Shown here in pieces: positions 38,501-46,301 of a stretch of 64,000 nucleotides of DNA. Below the pieces are notes generated by a model. It was not told where the DNA came from. It did not search any database and saw nothing but the letters and a program-made list of their open reading frames with translations. Within the stretch, counting starts at the first letter, position 1, and the number at the start of each line of letters is the position of its first letter. The position numbers and the translations under genes were made by a program. Origin of the DNA: Phycisphaerae bacterium (GTDB taxonomy: Bacteria; Planctomycetota; Phycisphaerae; UBA1845); contig JAJDDX010000424.1 in assembly GCA_029260055.1 (NCBI GenBank), positions 20,586 through 84,585 on the forward strand. The letters are read 5' to 3'.

Positions 38501-39511
38501 TAGAAGCACCTTGCGCTGGATTGCGATGATGCGCTCGGCACGATCGAGGACCTCGTCGGTCCCCTGTTCGAGTTCGGCTCGGACGGCGGCGGCCTTGGCT
38601 TCGATACCCTCGAGTTGACGGCGGTAGTCGGCTGCTCCGGCATATCGATCGCCGAAGGACTCGGTCAGGTCGGCGGCTGCGAGCCGCAGCGCTTCCGCAT
38701 CGAACAAGCGCATCTGAACTCTCGCTCTGGCGAGCCGATCGCGCCGTAAGCGTGCCTTGTCGAAGAGCGTGATCCACTGCGCGTCTTGGATGGGTTTCTG
38801 ATCGCCGACGAGCTGTGCAAGCCGTGTGCGCATCGGTTTTGCGGCGGCGCCGATCTGATCGAGCAAGCCGGAGACGATCCTACCTGCGTGCCGCAGATCA
38901 TCGGCCGGCGTCGCATACGTCGCGTCTTCCGTAAGCGGCTTGAACGACGAATGGGGTGACGTCGTGCTCTGCGTGGCGAACTTGTTCAGGGCGATGTTGG
39001 TGTCCGGGGTGCCGGTGCCGAAGATTTGCACTTCGTCGAGGTGGAACATCGTTTCTTCACGAAGCCAAAGACGCACGTAGCGGGCTGATTCACCGTCGAG
39101 CGCAACGGTCAATGGCTCGCCCTTTTCGTGGCCATAGAACTCCGAGCCGTCGTGACGGTAGACCTCATTCCATGTGTTGCCATCGTCGGAGAGGTGTACG
39201 GTGATGGTGCGGGCACGCTCCCAGAGACCGACGCGGTTGAAGATGACGATGCGGTCGAGCGGGTCCGATTCGGCAAGGTCCACCTGCCACCAGGGGGCGA
39301 GCTCCTTGGACGTGTGGAATGCGAAGCCGCCGTCGATCACGCCGTCGACACCCCCGGCTGCGTCGCGGGAGGGGTCCTTCTCGTATGCCTTGCGTATCGC
39401 GTGGGTCCATGCGGCGCGTGCGTCGGCGCTCGGGGCATTCTGCGCGGTGGCGATGCCGGTTGTAGCCAGGATCAACAATGTCGTAAGCTTGGTAATGGCT
39501 CTCATGGTCAT
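35561..39511 (-). CDS. Discoidin (F5/8C) + hydrazine synthase alpha-like propeller/di-heme region + SUMF1/FGE-like domain protein
   Basis: Signal peptide; PWWQVDL...IVIFNR; propeller motifs YDACYLPDGRIVF and ARWEY; LGTVPVEADGSALFTVPANTP...MRSW...PGE; hemes CVGCH and CVACH; FGE-like LPTEAQWEYAARAG, NAWGLHDMHGNVAEW and RGGSW. Confidence 0.85.
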   Translation of the reverse strand: MTMRAITKLTTLLILATTGIATAQNAPSADARAAWTHAIRKAYEKDPSRDAAGGVDGVIDGGFAFHTSKELAPWWQVDLAESDPLDRIVIFNRVGLWERARTITVHLSDDGNTWNEVYRHDGSEFYGHEKGEPLTVALDGESARYVRLWLREETMFHLDEVQIFGTGTPDTNIALNKFATQSTTSPHSSFKPLTEDATYATPADDLRHAGRIVSGLLDQIGAAAKPMRTRLAQLVGDQKPIQDAQWITLFDKARLRRDRLARARVQMRLFDAEALRLAAADLTESFGDRYAGAADYRRQLEGIEAKAAAVRAELEQGTDEVLDRAERIIAIQRKVLLANPLLDFDELLIVRRANTGPRTGLPQNWQGNCALPRTGYDDAICRMSSFRDRPQLDTLYKPERNVFVGDVDLHFDADRLLFSSLDDDHRWQVFEIGIDGGNLRQVTSGPITETDNYDACYLPDGRIVFASAAVCQGVPCVGGADAVSNLYIMGDDGKNVRQLCFDQDHNWHPTVLPDGGVLFARWEYTDTPHYFTRLLMRMNPDGTSQMPVYGSNSYWPNSIFYSRPIPGHPSKLVTVVSGHHGVPRMGELIVLDTAKGTHEADGVVQRIPGRGKKVEPIIVDQLVDDSWPKFLQPWPLSEKYFLVSCKPAPDSHWGIYLVDVFDNMVLLHEERGQALLEPVPLVKRERPPVIPDRVRPDRTDATVYMADVYNGPGLAGVPRGDIKALRVIEWHYGYNEIGGHQHAAVEGGWDVKRILGTVPVEADGSALFTVPANTPLAVQPINDRGEALQLMRSWFTAMPGEMLSCVGCHEAPNTTVPNRRTVATAYRPRQIAPWHGPTRGFSFTREVQPVLDRKCVACHDGNPRDDEPALPNFADNARGWGGFTKSYLELHPYVRRPGPESDYHLLRPAEFRANTSELVQMLRKGHHNVQLSQVEWDRLITWIDFNVPDHGTWTEHVGSRGFEKSYAMRLRYRKLFANIEDDPEAIVRIDTPKAEPVTPAPVNRKPAAAVQCNGWPFDADEALRRQQAAGPATRRTLDLGDGVTMDLVLIPAGQYVMGDEYGDADEAPTSAVTIDEPFWMGTLEVTNRQFIRFDAEHDSGYYDQRWKDHTTPGYPANLPDQPVIRVTWRQARAFCQWLSKETGESFALPTEAQWEYAARAGTATRLSYGGLDTDFSKLANMADASTSKLVVQGVNPQPVKDPDPRSDYLPKDARFDDGHRVVANVGTFQPNAWGLHDMHGNVAEWTQSTYQPYPYADDDRNNNAANGERVVRGGSWRDRPKRCRSAFRLHYPDWQPVFNVGFRVICPVDKRTASRK

Positions 39512-39564
39512 CTCACTATTTCGCTCGCCGGCAATCGAGCCTATGAAGCAGTTGTCGCTTCGTA

Positions 39565-41382
39565 CTACAAAGCGCGCAGATACGCGATCAGGTCTTCAAA
39601 CTGTGGCTCGGTCAGGTGCGATGTAATGCCGTGTCGGTCGTCCTTGTTGCATCCGAAAAGGACATCACGCAGTTTCGCGGCCGAGCCGTCGTGCAAGTAA
39701 GGGGCGGTTCGCCACAGCTCCGCGAGCGTCGGCGTGTCGAACGTTTCGGTCCGGTCGAGTTTGCCGCGCGTGCCCACATCATATTGTTTGAGATCAGTAT
39801 ACAACGGTGCGGGGTGGCAGCGCGCGCAACCTGTGGTCTCCTGCTCGAACACCTCGCGACCGCGCTGAATCTGTGCGGCGAGCGGGCCGGTGTCGCCGGC
39901 GAAGGGGCTCTTCACCGGTTCGAGCGAGCGCAGGTAGGCGCGGACATCTTCGAGATCGGCGGTACTGATCTGCTGGAACGCGATGTGCGTAAACCCGGCT
40001 GCGGAGGCCACTTCCATCGATGCACGCGCGCCGCGCGACATAACCGGCGGCGTCTTGTGGCTCCATACGAGGGAGCGTACGTTCTTGGGATTGCCGAGTC
40101 CGTCGTTGAGCAGGTCCCAGTTCATACCGTCCGCGCGCGTATCGGGATGGCACGTCGCGCAGCTAAGCCATGTTTGTTTGGAGTATGTCGCGTCGTGGAA
40201 GATCCGTTCGCCGCGCCGTTCGGCATCGGGTTCGGGTTGGTTTTGGAGCGTCACGACGGTGCGCAGGGCGGCGTTGTGTGCATCCAGCAGAAGCACCGTG
40301 CCCGAAAAGTACATCGCGACAGCAAGCGTCTTTCCATCAGGCGAGACGGCCAAGCCACGCGGCCCTTTGCCCGGCAAAGGCGTTCGCCGAATCGCGCCGG
40401 CACGGGAGAGCGCCGCTATGTCGTCTTCCAATCCCTTGCGTTTGTCTGCGAGCAGCGCCGATAGGCCGGGGAGGTCGATGGTCGCGAGCTGGTGCGTGCC
40501 CGAGAGGGTCACCCACAGCCGGCTTCCGTCGGGTGCGACGGCGACGCCCCACGGGTCGGCTGCGCCCTCGAGCAGGTAGTCGAGCAGTACCGTCCCCAGG
40601 CGTCGGTGCGACTTCAAGTCGATCACACTCAGTGCGTTCGTGTTGACCCAGCCGCGCTCGATCTGCGTGGTCGGTAGGTTGGTACGGCCGAGCGTATGTA
40701 CGACGTACGCCCGCCTACCATCCGGGTCGATGGCGACGCCGCGTCCGCAAGACGAGCCGGACGGGAGACGAATGTGGGCGAGTTCGGCACGTAGTTCGAG
40801 GTCGACCAAGGTGACGACGGCCGATTGGCCTGGCCTATCCGCACGACCTTGGGGAATCAGGTGGCTGACGACCGCAAGCGACTCGTCCGGTGAGATCGCC
40901 ACCGCGAACGGCTGGCGCGACGTGGGGACGACCGTTCTTCGTACGGTGCTCCCGAGCTTCGCCACGGTGACGCCGTCTCTCGCATAGTCGGCGGCGACGA
41001 GCATGTTATGGTTCGGGGCGAATGCGATCCCTCGCAACCACAAGCCCGCTTCGAATCGGCGCGTGACCGAACCTTTGTCCGCGTCGATGTCGGCGATCGT
41101 GCCGACGCGAGATTCCGCCACGTACAGGTGCGAACCGTCGGGAGCCCACGTGATGCCGGCGGGGCGGTCATCCACTGCGCACTCGTGCAGCACGTTCGCT
41201 CCAGCGACGCCGATCAGTGTTACGACGCCGGCTGTGTGGTCCGAGACGGCGAGCATGGCGCCGTCCGGCGAGAAAGCCAGATCGATCGGGGAGCGGTAGG
41301 GGGGATCGGCCCATGCCGAGGTGCCCGCGCACAATACGCAGGCCATAAGAGCGGCACATCGACGGGTGCGGGCGTCCGGCAT
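39565..41382 (-). CDS. YVTN-type beta-propeller fused to a di-heme cytochrome c peroxidase-like domain
   Basis: Signal peptide; repeats AFSPDG, TWAPDG, AISPDE, AIDPDG, AVSPDG; hemes CATCH and CARCH; TPTLAELWRTAPYLHDGSA. Confidence 0.87.
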   Translation of the reverse strand: MPDARTRRCAALMACVLCAGTSAWADPPYRSPIDLAFSPDGAMLAVSDHTAGVVTLIGVAGANVLHECAVDDRPAGITWAPDGSHLYVAESRVGTIADIDADKGSVTRRFEAGLWLRGIAFAPNHNMLVAADYARDGVTVAKLGSTVRRTVVPTSRQPFAVAISPDESLAVVSHLIPQGRADRPGQSAVVTLVDLELRAELAHIRLPSGSSCGRGVAIDPDGRRAYVVHTLGRTNLPTTQIERGWVNTNALSVIDLKSHRRLGTVLLDYLLEGAADPWGVAVAPDGSRLWVTLSGTHQLATIDLPGLSALLADKRKGLEDDIAALSRAGAIRRTPLPGKGPRGLAVSPDGKTLAVAMYFSGTVLLLDAHNAALRTVVTLQNQPEPDAERRGERIFHDATYSKQTWLSCATCHPDTRADGMNWDLLNDGLGNPKNVRSLVWSHKTPPVMSRGARASMEVASAAGFTHIAFQQISTADLEDVRAYLRSLEPVKSPFAGDTGPLAAQIQRGREVFEQETTGCARCHPAPLYTDLKQYDVGTRGKLDRTETFDTPTLAELWRTAPYLHDGSAAKLRDVLFGCNKDDRHGITSHLTEPQFEDLIAYLRAL

Positions 41383-41435
41383 GAATCGACTCCTCCGCTA
41401 CTGACTTCGATGCACAGCCTTCCGGGCTCGAACGC

Positions 41436-42317
41436 TCACGATTGCTTCAGGTCGTTATAGAGTTCGAGCGCTGCTTCCGGCGACATTTGGTCGTGAACGA
41501 CACCGCGCACGGCCTGGATCATCGCTTTCGGGTCGTCCGCCTGGAAGATGTTGCGCCCCATGTCGACGCCGGCTGCCCCTTGGTCGATCGCGTGATGGGC
41601 CATCTCCAGGGCGTCGAGTTCCGGCAGTTTCTTGCCGCCGGCGATCACGATCGGGACCGGGCAGCCCGCGGTCACCGTCTCGAACCCCTCTTGGCAGTAG
41701 TATGTCTTGACGACCTGAGCCCCGTTTTCCGCGAGCACGCGTGACGCCATGCCGAGGTACCGCGCGTCGCGCGTCAGTTCCTGGCCGACGGCTGTGACGC
41801 CGAGTGTGGGAATGCCGTAGCGATTACCCGCTTCAATCATCCTGCAGAGGTTGCGGATCGTCCTTGCTTCGAACTTCTTGTCGCCGATGGCCACCATTAC
41901 CGCCATCATCGAGGCGTTCAGACGAATGGCGTCTTCGATTTGAACGCCGACACATTCGTCGTTGAGTTCGGTCAGGACGGTCGACCCGGCGGAGCACCGA
42001 AGCGAGATAGGTTTGCTACACGTCGGCGGAATGCACGTACGCAGCACGCCTCGCGAGCACATGAGGCAGTCGGCATGTTCGATCAGCGGCACGATCGAAA
42101 CGTCGATGCGCTCGAGCCCCGATGTGGCCCCCATGATGTATCCGTGGTCGAATGCCAGCATGACGGTCTTTCCGGATTTCGGATCGAAGATGCGCGACAG
42201 GCGGTCCTTCATGCCCCAGTCGTAGCTGTGAGCGCCTTTTAGTTCGGAGGTCGGATTCGCAGCCGGGGCTCCGACTCTGAAGGCGTTCGCGGAGACGTTG
42301 CCGTTTGCGTCAGGCAT
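41436..42317 (-). CDS. lsrF: LsrF-type class I aldolase-fold thiolase
   Basis: [61 protein letters not shown]. Confidence 0.9.
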   Translation of the reverse strand: MPDANGNVSANAFRVGAPAANPTSELKGAHSYDWGMKDRLSRIFDPKSGKTVMLAFDHGYIMGATSGLERIDVSIVPLIEHADCLMCSRGVLRTCIPPTCSKPISLRCSAGSTVLTELNDECVGVQIEDAIRLNASMMAVMVAIGDKKFEARTIRNLCRMIEAGNRYGIPTLGVTAVGQELTRDARYLGMASRVLAENGAQVVKTYYCQEGFETVTAGCPVPIVIAGGKKLPELDALEMAHHAIDQGAAGVDMGRNIFQADDPKAMIQAVRGVVHDQMSPEAALELYNDLKQS

Positions 42318-42948
42318 TCGTGAATCCCTCCGTAAAGCCGGCGAAGATGAGCGACATCGAGGCGGCACCGGGGTCGACGTGACCGATCGAGCGCTCGCCG
42401 ATATGCCGTGCTCGTCCGAACGCAGCTACCATCTGTTTCGTCGCTTCGGCGCCGGCGGCCGCGGCGTGTGCTCCGGCGTTCAGCGCGTCCGCTATTGATC
42501 GGCCTTCGTTAGCCGCGGTACGGATTGCGTCGGTGGCCGGCACCAGGGCGTCCATCATGGTCTTGTCGCCCGGTTTGGCCTTGGTGTTCAGTTGCAGGTT
42601 GGCGACACCCGCCTCCAGCATGCCCGCGAATTCCGCGGCGTCCAGCGCGGTATCGCCGGCCTGTTCGCTCATGCCCAGGAACCAGGAGCCGTAAAGTGGG
42701 CCTGTCGAGCCGGCGTCCGTACCCATCGCAGCCCAGCCGATGTCCGCCAGCAGTGAAGCGAGCTTCTTGTCGCCGTGGTTGTCCATGGTTCGAGTGATCG
42801 CATCGGCGACTTTGCCCATGGCCGTGCCGTGGTCGCCGTCGCCGGTGGCTGCGTCCAGGGTCGAGAGGGTCTGCTTGGCGTTGCGCACGCGCTCGGCCGC
42901 GGACGCCCACATGCGCCTCATGACATCATAATCGACATGGTCGGCCAC
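42310..42948 (-). CDS. dhaL: Dihydroxyacetone kinase family subunit L
   Basis: LDAATGDGDHG, GSTGPLYG, GDKTMMDALVP, GRAR, GHVDPGA. Confidence 0.9.
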   Translation of the reverse strand: MADHVDYDVMRRMWASAAERVRNAKQTLSTLDAATGDGDHGTAMGKVADAITRTMDNHGDKKLASLLADIGWAAMGTDAGSTGPLYGSWFLGMSEQAGDTALDAAEFAGMLEAGVANLQLNTKAKPGDKTMMDALVPATDAIRTAANEGRSIADALNAGAHAAAAGAEATKQMVAAFGRARHIGERSIGHVDPGAASMSLIFAGFTEGFTNA

Positions 42949-42965
42949 GGCACCGGTACCTCAGT

Positions 42966-43967
42966 TCATCGCCCGACCCAATAGGGTGCGTTGGCCGGGG
43001 CCTTGAGCAGTTGCTCCAGTTCGTCGTCGAGTTTGGCGACGAACATCTGGAACCCGCCCATCTCCTGGACCGTAAGGTACTCGCCCACCATGGAATGAGC
43101 TATGTGCATGCCTTTCGACTCGACGATCTGCATGACCCGGCGGAACACGACGAAAAGCTCCATCTGAGTCGTGGCGCCGGCGCCGTTGAGCATGACGAGT
43201 AGTCGATCGTCGGCTTTCGCCTTGATCGCCAGCAGCAACTGCGTGAGCATCGTCTCAGCGGTCTCATCGGCGGTCATTACTTTCGAACGCCCGGTGCCCG
43301 CTTCGCCGTGCTGCCCCATGCCGATTTCCATCTCGTCTTCAGCCAGTTCGAAGATCTCCTGGCCCGACTGCGGATGCGTGGCTGGTTTGAGCGCGACGGC
43401 CAGCGTGGCCATGTTGTCGTTCAGACGCTTCGCGACTGCGTAGACCTCATCGAGGCTCTTGCCCGCTTCGGCGGCGGCTCCGGCGACCTTGAAGATCGAA
43501 AGGCACCCGACGAGGCCGCGGCGATCTTCAGCCGGCGCGTCGGCGCCGGGCGCGATGTCTTCGTGAGTCAGGAGCATTTTGACCTTGATGCCTTCTTTTT
43601 CCACCATCTGCAGCGCCATGTTGCCGCTCATGACGTCGCCGGCGTGGTTGAGGACCACGAACAGGATGCCCACGTCGCGCTTCAGGAGTCGTAGCGCGTC
43701 GACTACCTTGATCGGACCCGGCGCCGCGAAGATGTCGCCGACGACCGACGCGTCCAGCATGCCCTCGCCGACGAAGCCGCTCAAGGCCGGTTCGTGTCCC
43801 GCGCCGCCGAGCGTGACGATCGCGACCTTGCTTTCATCCTTCGGGGTCGCGCGCATGACGATCCTGTCGGACTCGAGTCGGACCAACTGTGGGAACGCGC
43901 CACAGTAGCCTTCGAGCAGTTCACCGGTCAGTTCGTCCGGGTCATTGATGAACTTCTTCATCGCCAT
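42966..43967 (-). CDS. dhaK: Dihydroxyacetone kinase family subunit K
   Basis: MKKFINDP, GGAGHEPALSGFVGEGMLD, RRGLVG, EIGMGQHGEAG. Start at ATG 43967 or 43961. Confidence 0.9.
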   Translation of the reverse strand: MAMKKFINDPDELTGELLEGYCGAFPQLVRLESDRIVMRATPKDESKVAIVTLGGAGHEPALSGFVGEGMLDASVVGDIFAAPGPIKVVDALRLLKRDVGILFVVLNHAGDVMSGNMALQMVEKEGIKVKMLLTHEDIAPGADAPAEDRRGLVGCLSIFKVAGAAAEAGKSLDEVYAVAKRLNDNMATLAVALKPATHPQSGQEIFELAEDEMEIGMGQHGEAGTGRSKVMTADETAETMLTQLLLAIKAKADDRLLVMLNGAGATTQMELFVVFRRVMQIVESKGMHIAHSMVGEYLTVQEMGGFQMFVAKLDDELEQLLKAPANAPYWVGR

Positions 43968-43996
43968 GGGAAATGTCCTCCAAGCGGGCCGAGGGG

Positions 43997-44311
43997 TCAG
44001 GCCATCTGCATCAGTTCGATCGGTGCGCCTTCTTCGATGATAAACGCGACAGTCACGCCCTCCATGGGCGAGAACGGCTCCATCAGGACCTCTTTGCCAA
44101 CCATCTCCGCTTCCAGGTCGCCGACCTGATAGGCGATGTGCGGAAGGGCCTGCAACATCCTCGGCATAGTGCTGCCCGTTTCGAAGCGGAGCCATTCGAT
44201 CTTGTTGGGGCTGGCTGCTACGTCCGTGATATAGAGCTTGGCCTCTTCGAGATAGGTCTCGTTCTCGTGCGTCTCGCTAGACGGAATCCCGATGTGATGA
44301 AACGTACGCAT
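43997..44311 (-). CDS. Small VOC/glyoxalase-like protein
   Basis: FHHIGIP, IEWLRF, PHIAYQV and PIELM give the His/Glu/His/Glu metal-ligand pattern. Confidence 0.7.
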   Translation of the reverse strand: MRTFHHIGIPSSETHENETYLEEAKLYITDVAASPNKIEWLRFETGSTMPRMLQALPHIAYQVGDLEAEMVGKEVLMEPFSPMEGVTVAFIIEEGAPIELMQMA

Positions 44312-44337
44312 GATTCGCTCCTCTTATCGGCGTGGCT

Positions 44338-45030
44338 CTAGAAGACCACGGATTCGTTGGTGAACTCGAGTGCGTCGTCGTAATGCGGCGTGCCGTACTC
44401 AGCCACGATCGCTCCGGCGGGTCCGGCGATCATGAAGTGCGGTGCCGTGACGCGGTTCAGCGTGCCGATTTCGCCTTCGCTGAGCGTGAGGCAGCGGCGC
44501 GCGGTGATGGCGTCGGCTTTCAACTGGCTTTCCGGAAGTCGGCACGGCAAGTCGTCGGTCGGTTCGCCTTCTCCGAAGGTATGGATCATGCCGTGGCGCA
44601 CGTGCCACGATTCCATCTTCGCCGGGCCTTCGGAACTGATGGTGTGGCGGTGTTCCACGATCATCTGGCCCGGCAGCAAATAGATCTCGTGGGCGAAGTA
44701 GTGGTGCTCCTTGTTGTTGATCCAGAAGATGCCGGCCATGCCCACGTTGGCGAAGTCGTTCTGCGCGAAGTCGCTCGTCCAGAACTCGTCGGTCTTCAGG
44801 ACCGCCGGAATTGGGTAGGCGAAGCGCTCCATCATGTCGTAGTAGGCTTGGAAGGCCTTCTTCTTGTTGAAGACGCCTTCGTCGTAGAAGTCGCTGCTGA
44901 GCAAGGCGGTGCTCCGTTTGCTGTTTGTGAGTGAGTGATGTCCGTGGCTGCAGCCGGTGACCAAGGCCGCACCCGCGACGGCCGCCGTCTTCAGGGCGCC
45001 GCGTCTTGTGACGTGATCCGCATGGTCCAT
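44338..45030 (-). CDS. D-lyxose/D-mannose isomerase-like cupin with Tat lipoprotein signal
   Basis: TRRGALK twin-arginine motif, lipobox VTG-C; cupin motifs LLPGQMIVEHRH...KMESW, PHFMIAG...EY. Confidence 0.72.
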   Translation of the reverse strand: MDHADHVTRRGALKTAAVAGAALVTGCSHGHHSLTNSKRSTALLSSDFYDEGVFNKKKAFQAYYDMMERFAYPIPAVLKTDEFWTSDFAQNDFANVGMAGIFWINNKEHHYFAHEIYLLPGQMIVEHRHTISSEGPAKMESWHVRHGMIHTFGEGEPTDDLPCRLPESQLKADAITARRCLTLSEGEIGTLNRVTAPHFMIAGPAGAIVAEYGTPHYDDALEFTNESVVF

Positions 45031-45087
45031 GATTCCGTCTCCGTGAAAGCGCGTCGCGGGGCGATCGGTTCGAATGCCGCGTCGAGT

Positions 45088-45103
45088 GATCTACATGTAG
45101 AAC
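45088..45103. promoter_or_regulatory. Palindromic operator 1 (probably IclR)
   Basis: GATCTACATGTAGAAC, a near-perfect inverted repeat just downstream of the leftward -10 box. Confidence 0.6.
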
Positions 45104-45110
45104 GATGATC

Positions 45111-45139
45111 TATATAGCAGGCATGTGTAGCGCTGTAAA
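45111..45139 (-). promoter_or_regulatory. Sigma70 promoter of the sugar operon
   Basis: Minus strand TTTACA-N17-TATATA with TG at the extended -10 position. Confidence 0.55.
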
Positions 45140-45203
45140 CCAAATCGACGTTTCGTCGCTGCCGCCCGCCGACAGACCCGCAGCGAAAGCCTGATCCGGG
45201 CGC

Positions 45204-45231
45204 TTGACGTGACCGGATGGTGGGCTACGAT
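45204..45231 (+). promoter_or_regulatory. Sigma70 promoter of the IclR gene
   Basis: TTGACG-N16-TACGAT. Confidence 0.5.
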
Positions 45232-45240
45232 TGGATGGTA

Positions 45241-45256
45241 GTTTGATATATAGAAC
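45241..45256. promoter_or_regulatory. Palindromic operator 2 (IclR autoregulation)
   Basis: GTTTGATATATAGAAC, an imperfect inverted repeat sharing the right half TAGAAC with operator 1. Confidence 0.55.
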
Positions 45257-45279
45257 TCCAGGGGCGAGCCTGACTCCAA

Positions 45280-46071
45280 ATGCAAGAGACCGACGAGACC
45301 GGCACGAAGTACAGTGTTCCCAACTTGGAGCGAGCCCTGTCGATTCTCGAACTCCTCGCCGCGCATCCGGGCGGTTTGAAACTCGCGGAGATCACGCAGC
45401 GGCTCGGCTATCCCAAGAACAGCGTCTTTCGGGTCACGACGACGCTGTGCGATCGCGGTTACCTCACGCGGGACGAGGCGACGAAGTGTTTCAGATTGAG
45501 CCGCAAGCTCCTGGCGATGGGGCATCAGGTCTTGTCGGAGAGGCCGATCGTTCCGGCTGCGATTGATGTCATGTACGAATGCCGCGACGCGCTGAAAGAG
45601 ACGGTTTTGCTCGGCACGATCGTCGAGGACGGTTGCATCGTGCTCGAACAGGTGCTCGGTACGCACCCTTTCAAGTTTTCTATCGATATGGGAGCGCGCA
45701 TCAACCTTCACGCCAGCGCGCCGGGCAAGGCGATGCTGGCCTACCTGCCGGAGGCGGAGCGCGAGGGTCTGGTTTCGCGCCTCAAGCTGACTCGCTTCAA
45801 CGAGCGGACGATCACGTCGAAGAAGGCGCTGGCGACCGAGCTTCAGTATGTGCGTGAATGCGGCTTCGCACTGGATCGTGGAGAGGAACTGCACGGGATC
45901 GTCTGTGTCGCCGGGCCGGTGCTGAATCAACACGGTTATCCGGTCGCTTCGATGTGGATCACCGGCCCGGCGGATCGCGTGCCGGAGGACCTGTTCGCCC
46001 AAACCGGAACTCAGATTCGGCGATACGCGGACACGATTTCGGCCCGGCTCGGGTATCACCCGGCACCGTAG
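45280..46071 (+). CDS. IclR-family transcriptional regulator
   Basis: YSVPNLERALSILELL, HTH PKNSVFRVTTTL, ETVLLG, HASAPGKAMLA, GFALDRGE...CVAGPV. Confidence 0.95.
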   Translation: MQETDETGTKYSVPNLERALSILELLAAHPGGLKLAEITQRLGYPKNSVFRVTTTLCDRGYLTRDEATKCFRLSRKLLAMGHQVLSERPIVPAAIDVMYECRDALKETVLLGTIVEDGCIVLEQVLGTHPFKFSIDMGARINLHASAPGKAMLAYLPEAEREGLVSRLKLTRFNERTITSKKALATELQYVRECGFALDRGEELHGIVCVAGPVLNQHGYPVASMWITGPADRVPEDLFAQTGTQIRRYADTISARLGYHPAP

Positions 46072-46301
46072 CGCAAGTCGGTTCCCCGTTCGTGCTCCGG
46101 TTTACGCCGCATGGCCTCGGACGGCTCCGATCGCCGAATTCCGTTAATTCACTTGCCTTTCCATACGCAACTTGCCACGATAGAGGTATGCGCCGATGCT
46201 CCTGAGCGGTGGAATTGCCGCGGCGGAAGGTATATGAGGTCGACCGCGCGGTTCGCACGCGGGGCATTCGGCAAAGCGGGGTCCTCTTGGGGGTGTCAAA
46301 A

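Noticed and set aside
35561-41382. Calling these genes hzsA/hzsBC and inferring anammox metabolism
   Set aside because: The extra discoidin and FGE-like domains, the sugar-operon context and the lack of other anammox genes in the window support only architectural similarity.
41436-42317. AI-2 quorum-sensing (lsr) locus
   Set aside because: Only lsrF is present; lsrK, lsrR, lsrG and lsrABCD are not in the window.
45060-45085. GGTTCGAATGCC resembling a tRNA T-arm
   Set aside because: No acceptor stem, D-arm or anticodon arm can be folded around it.
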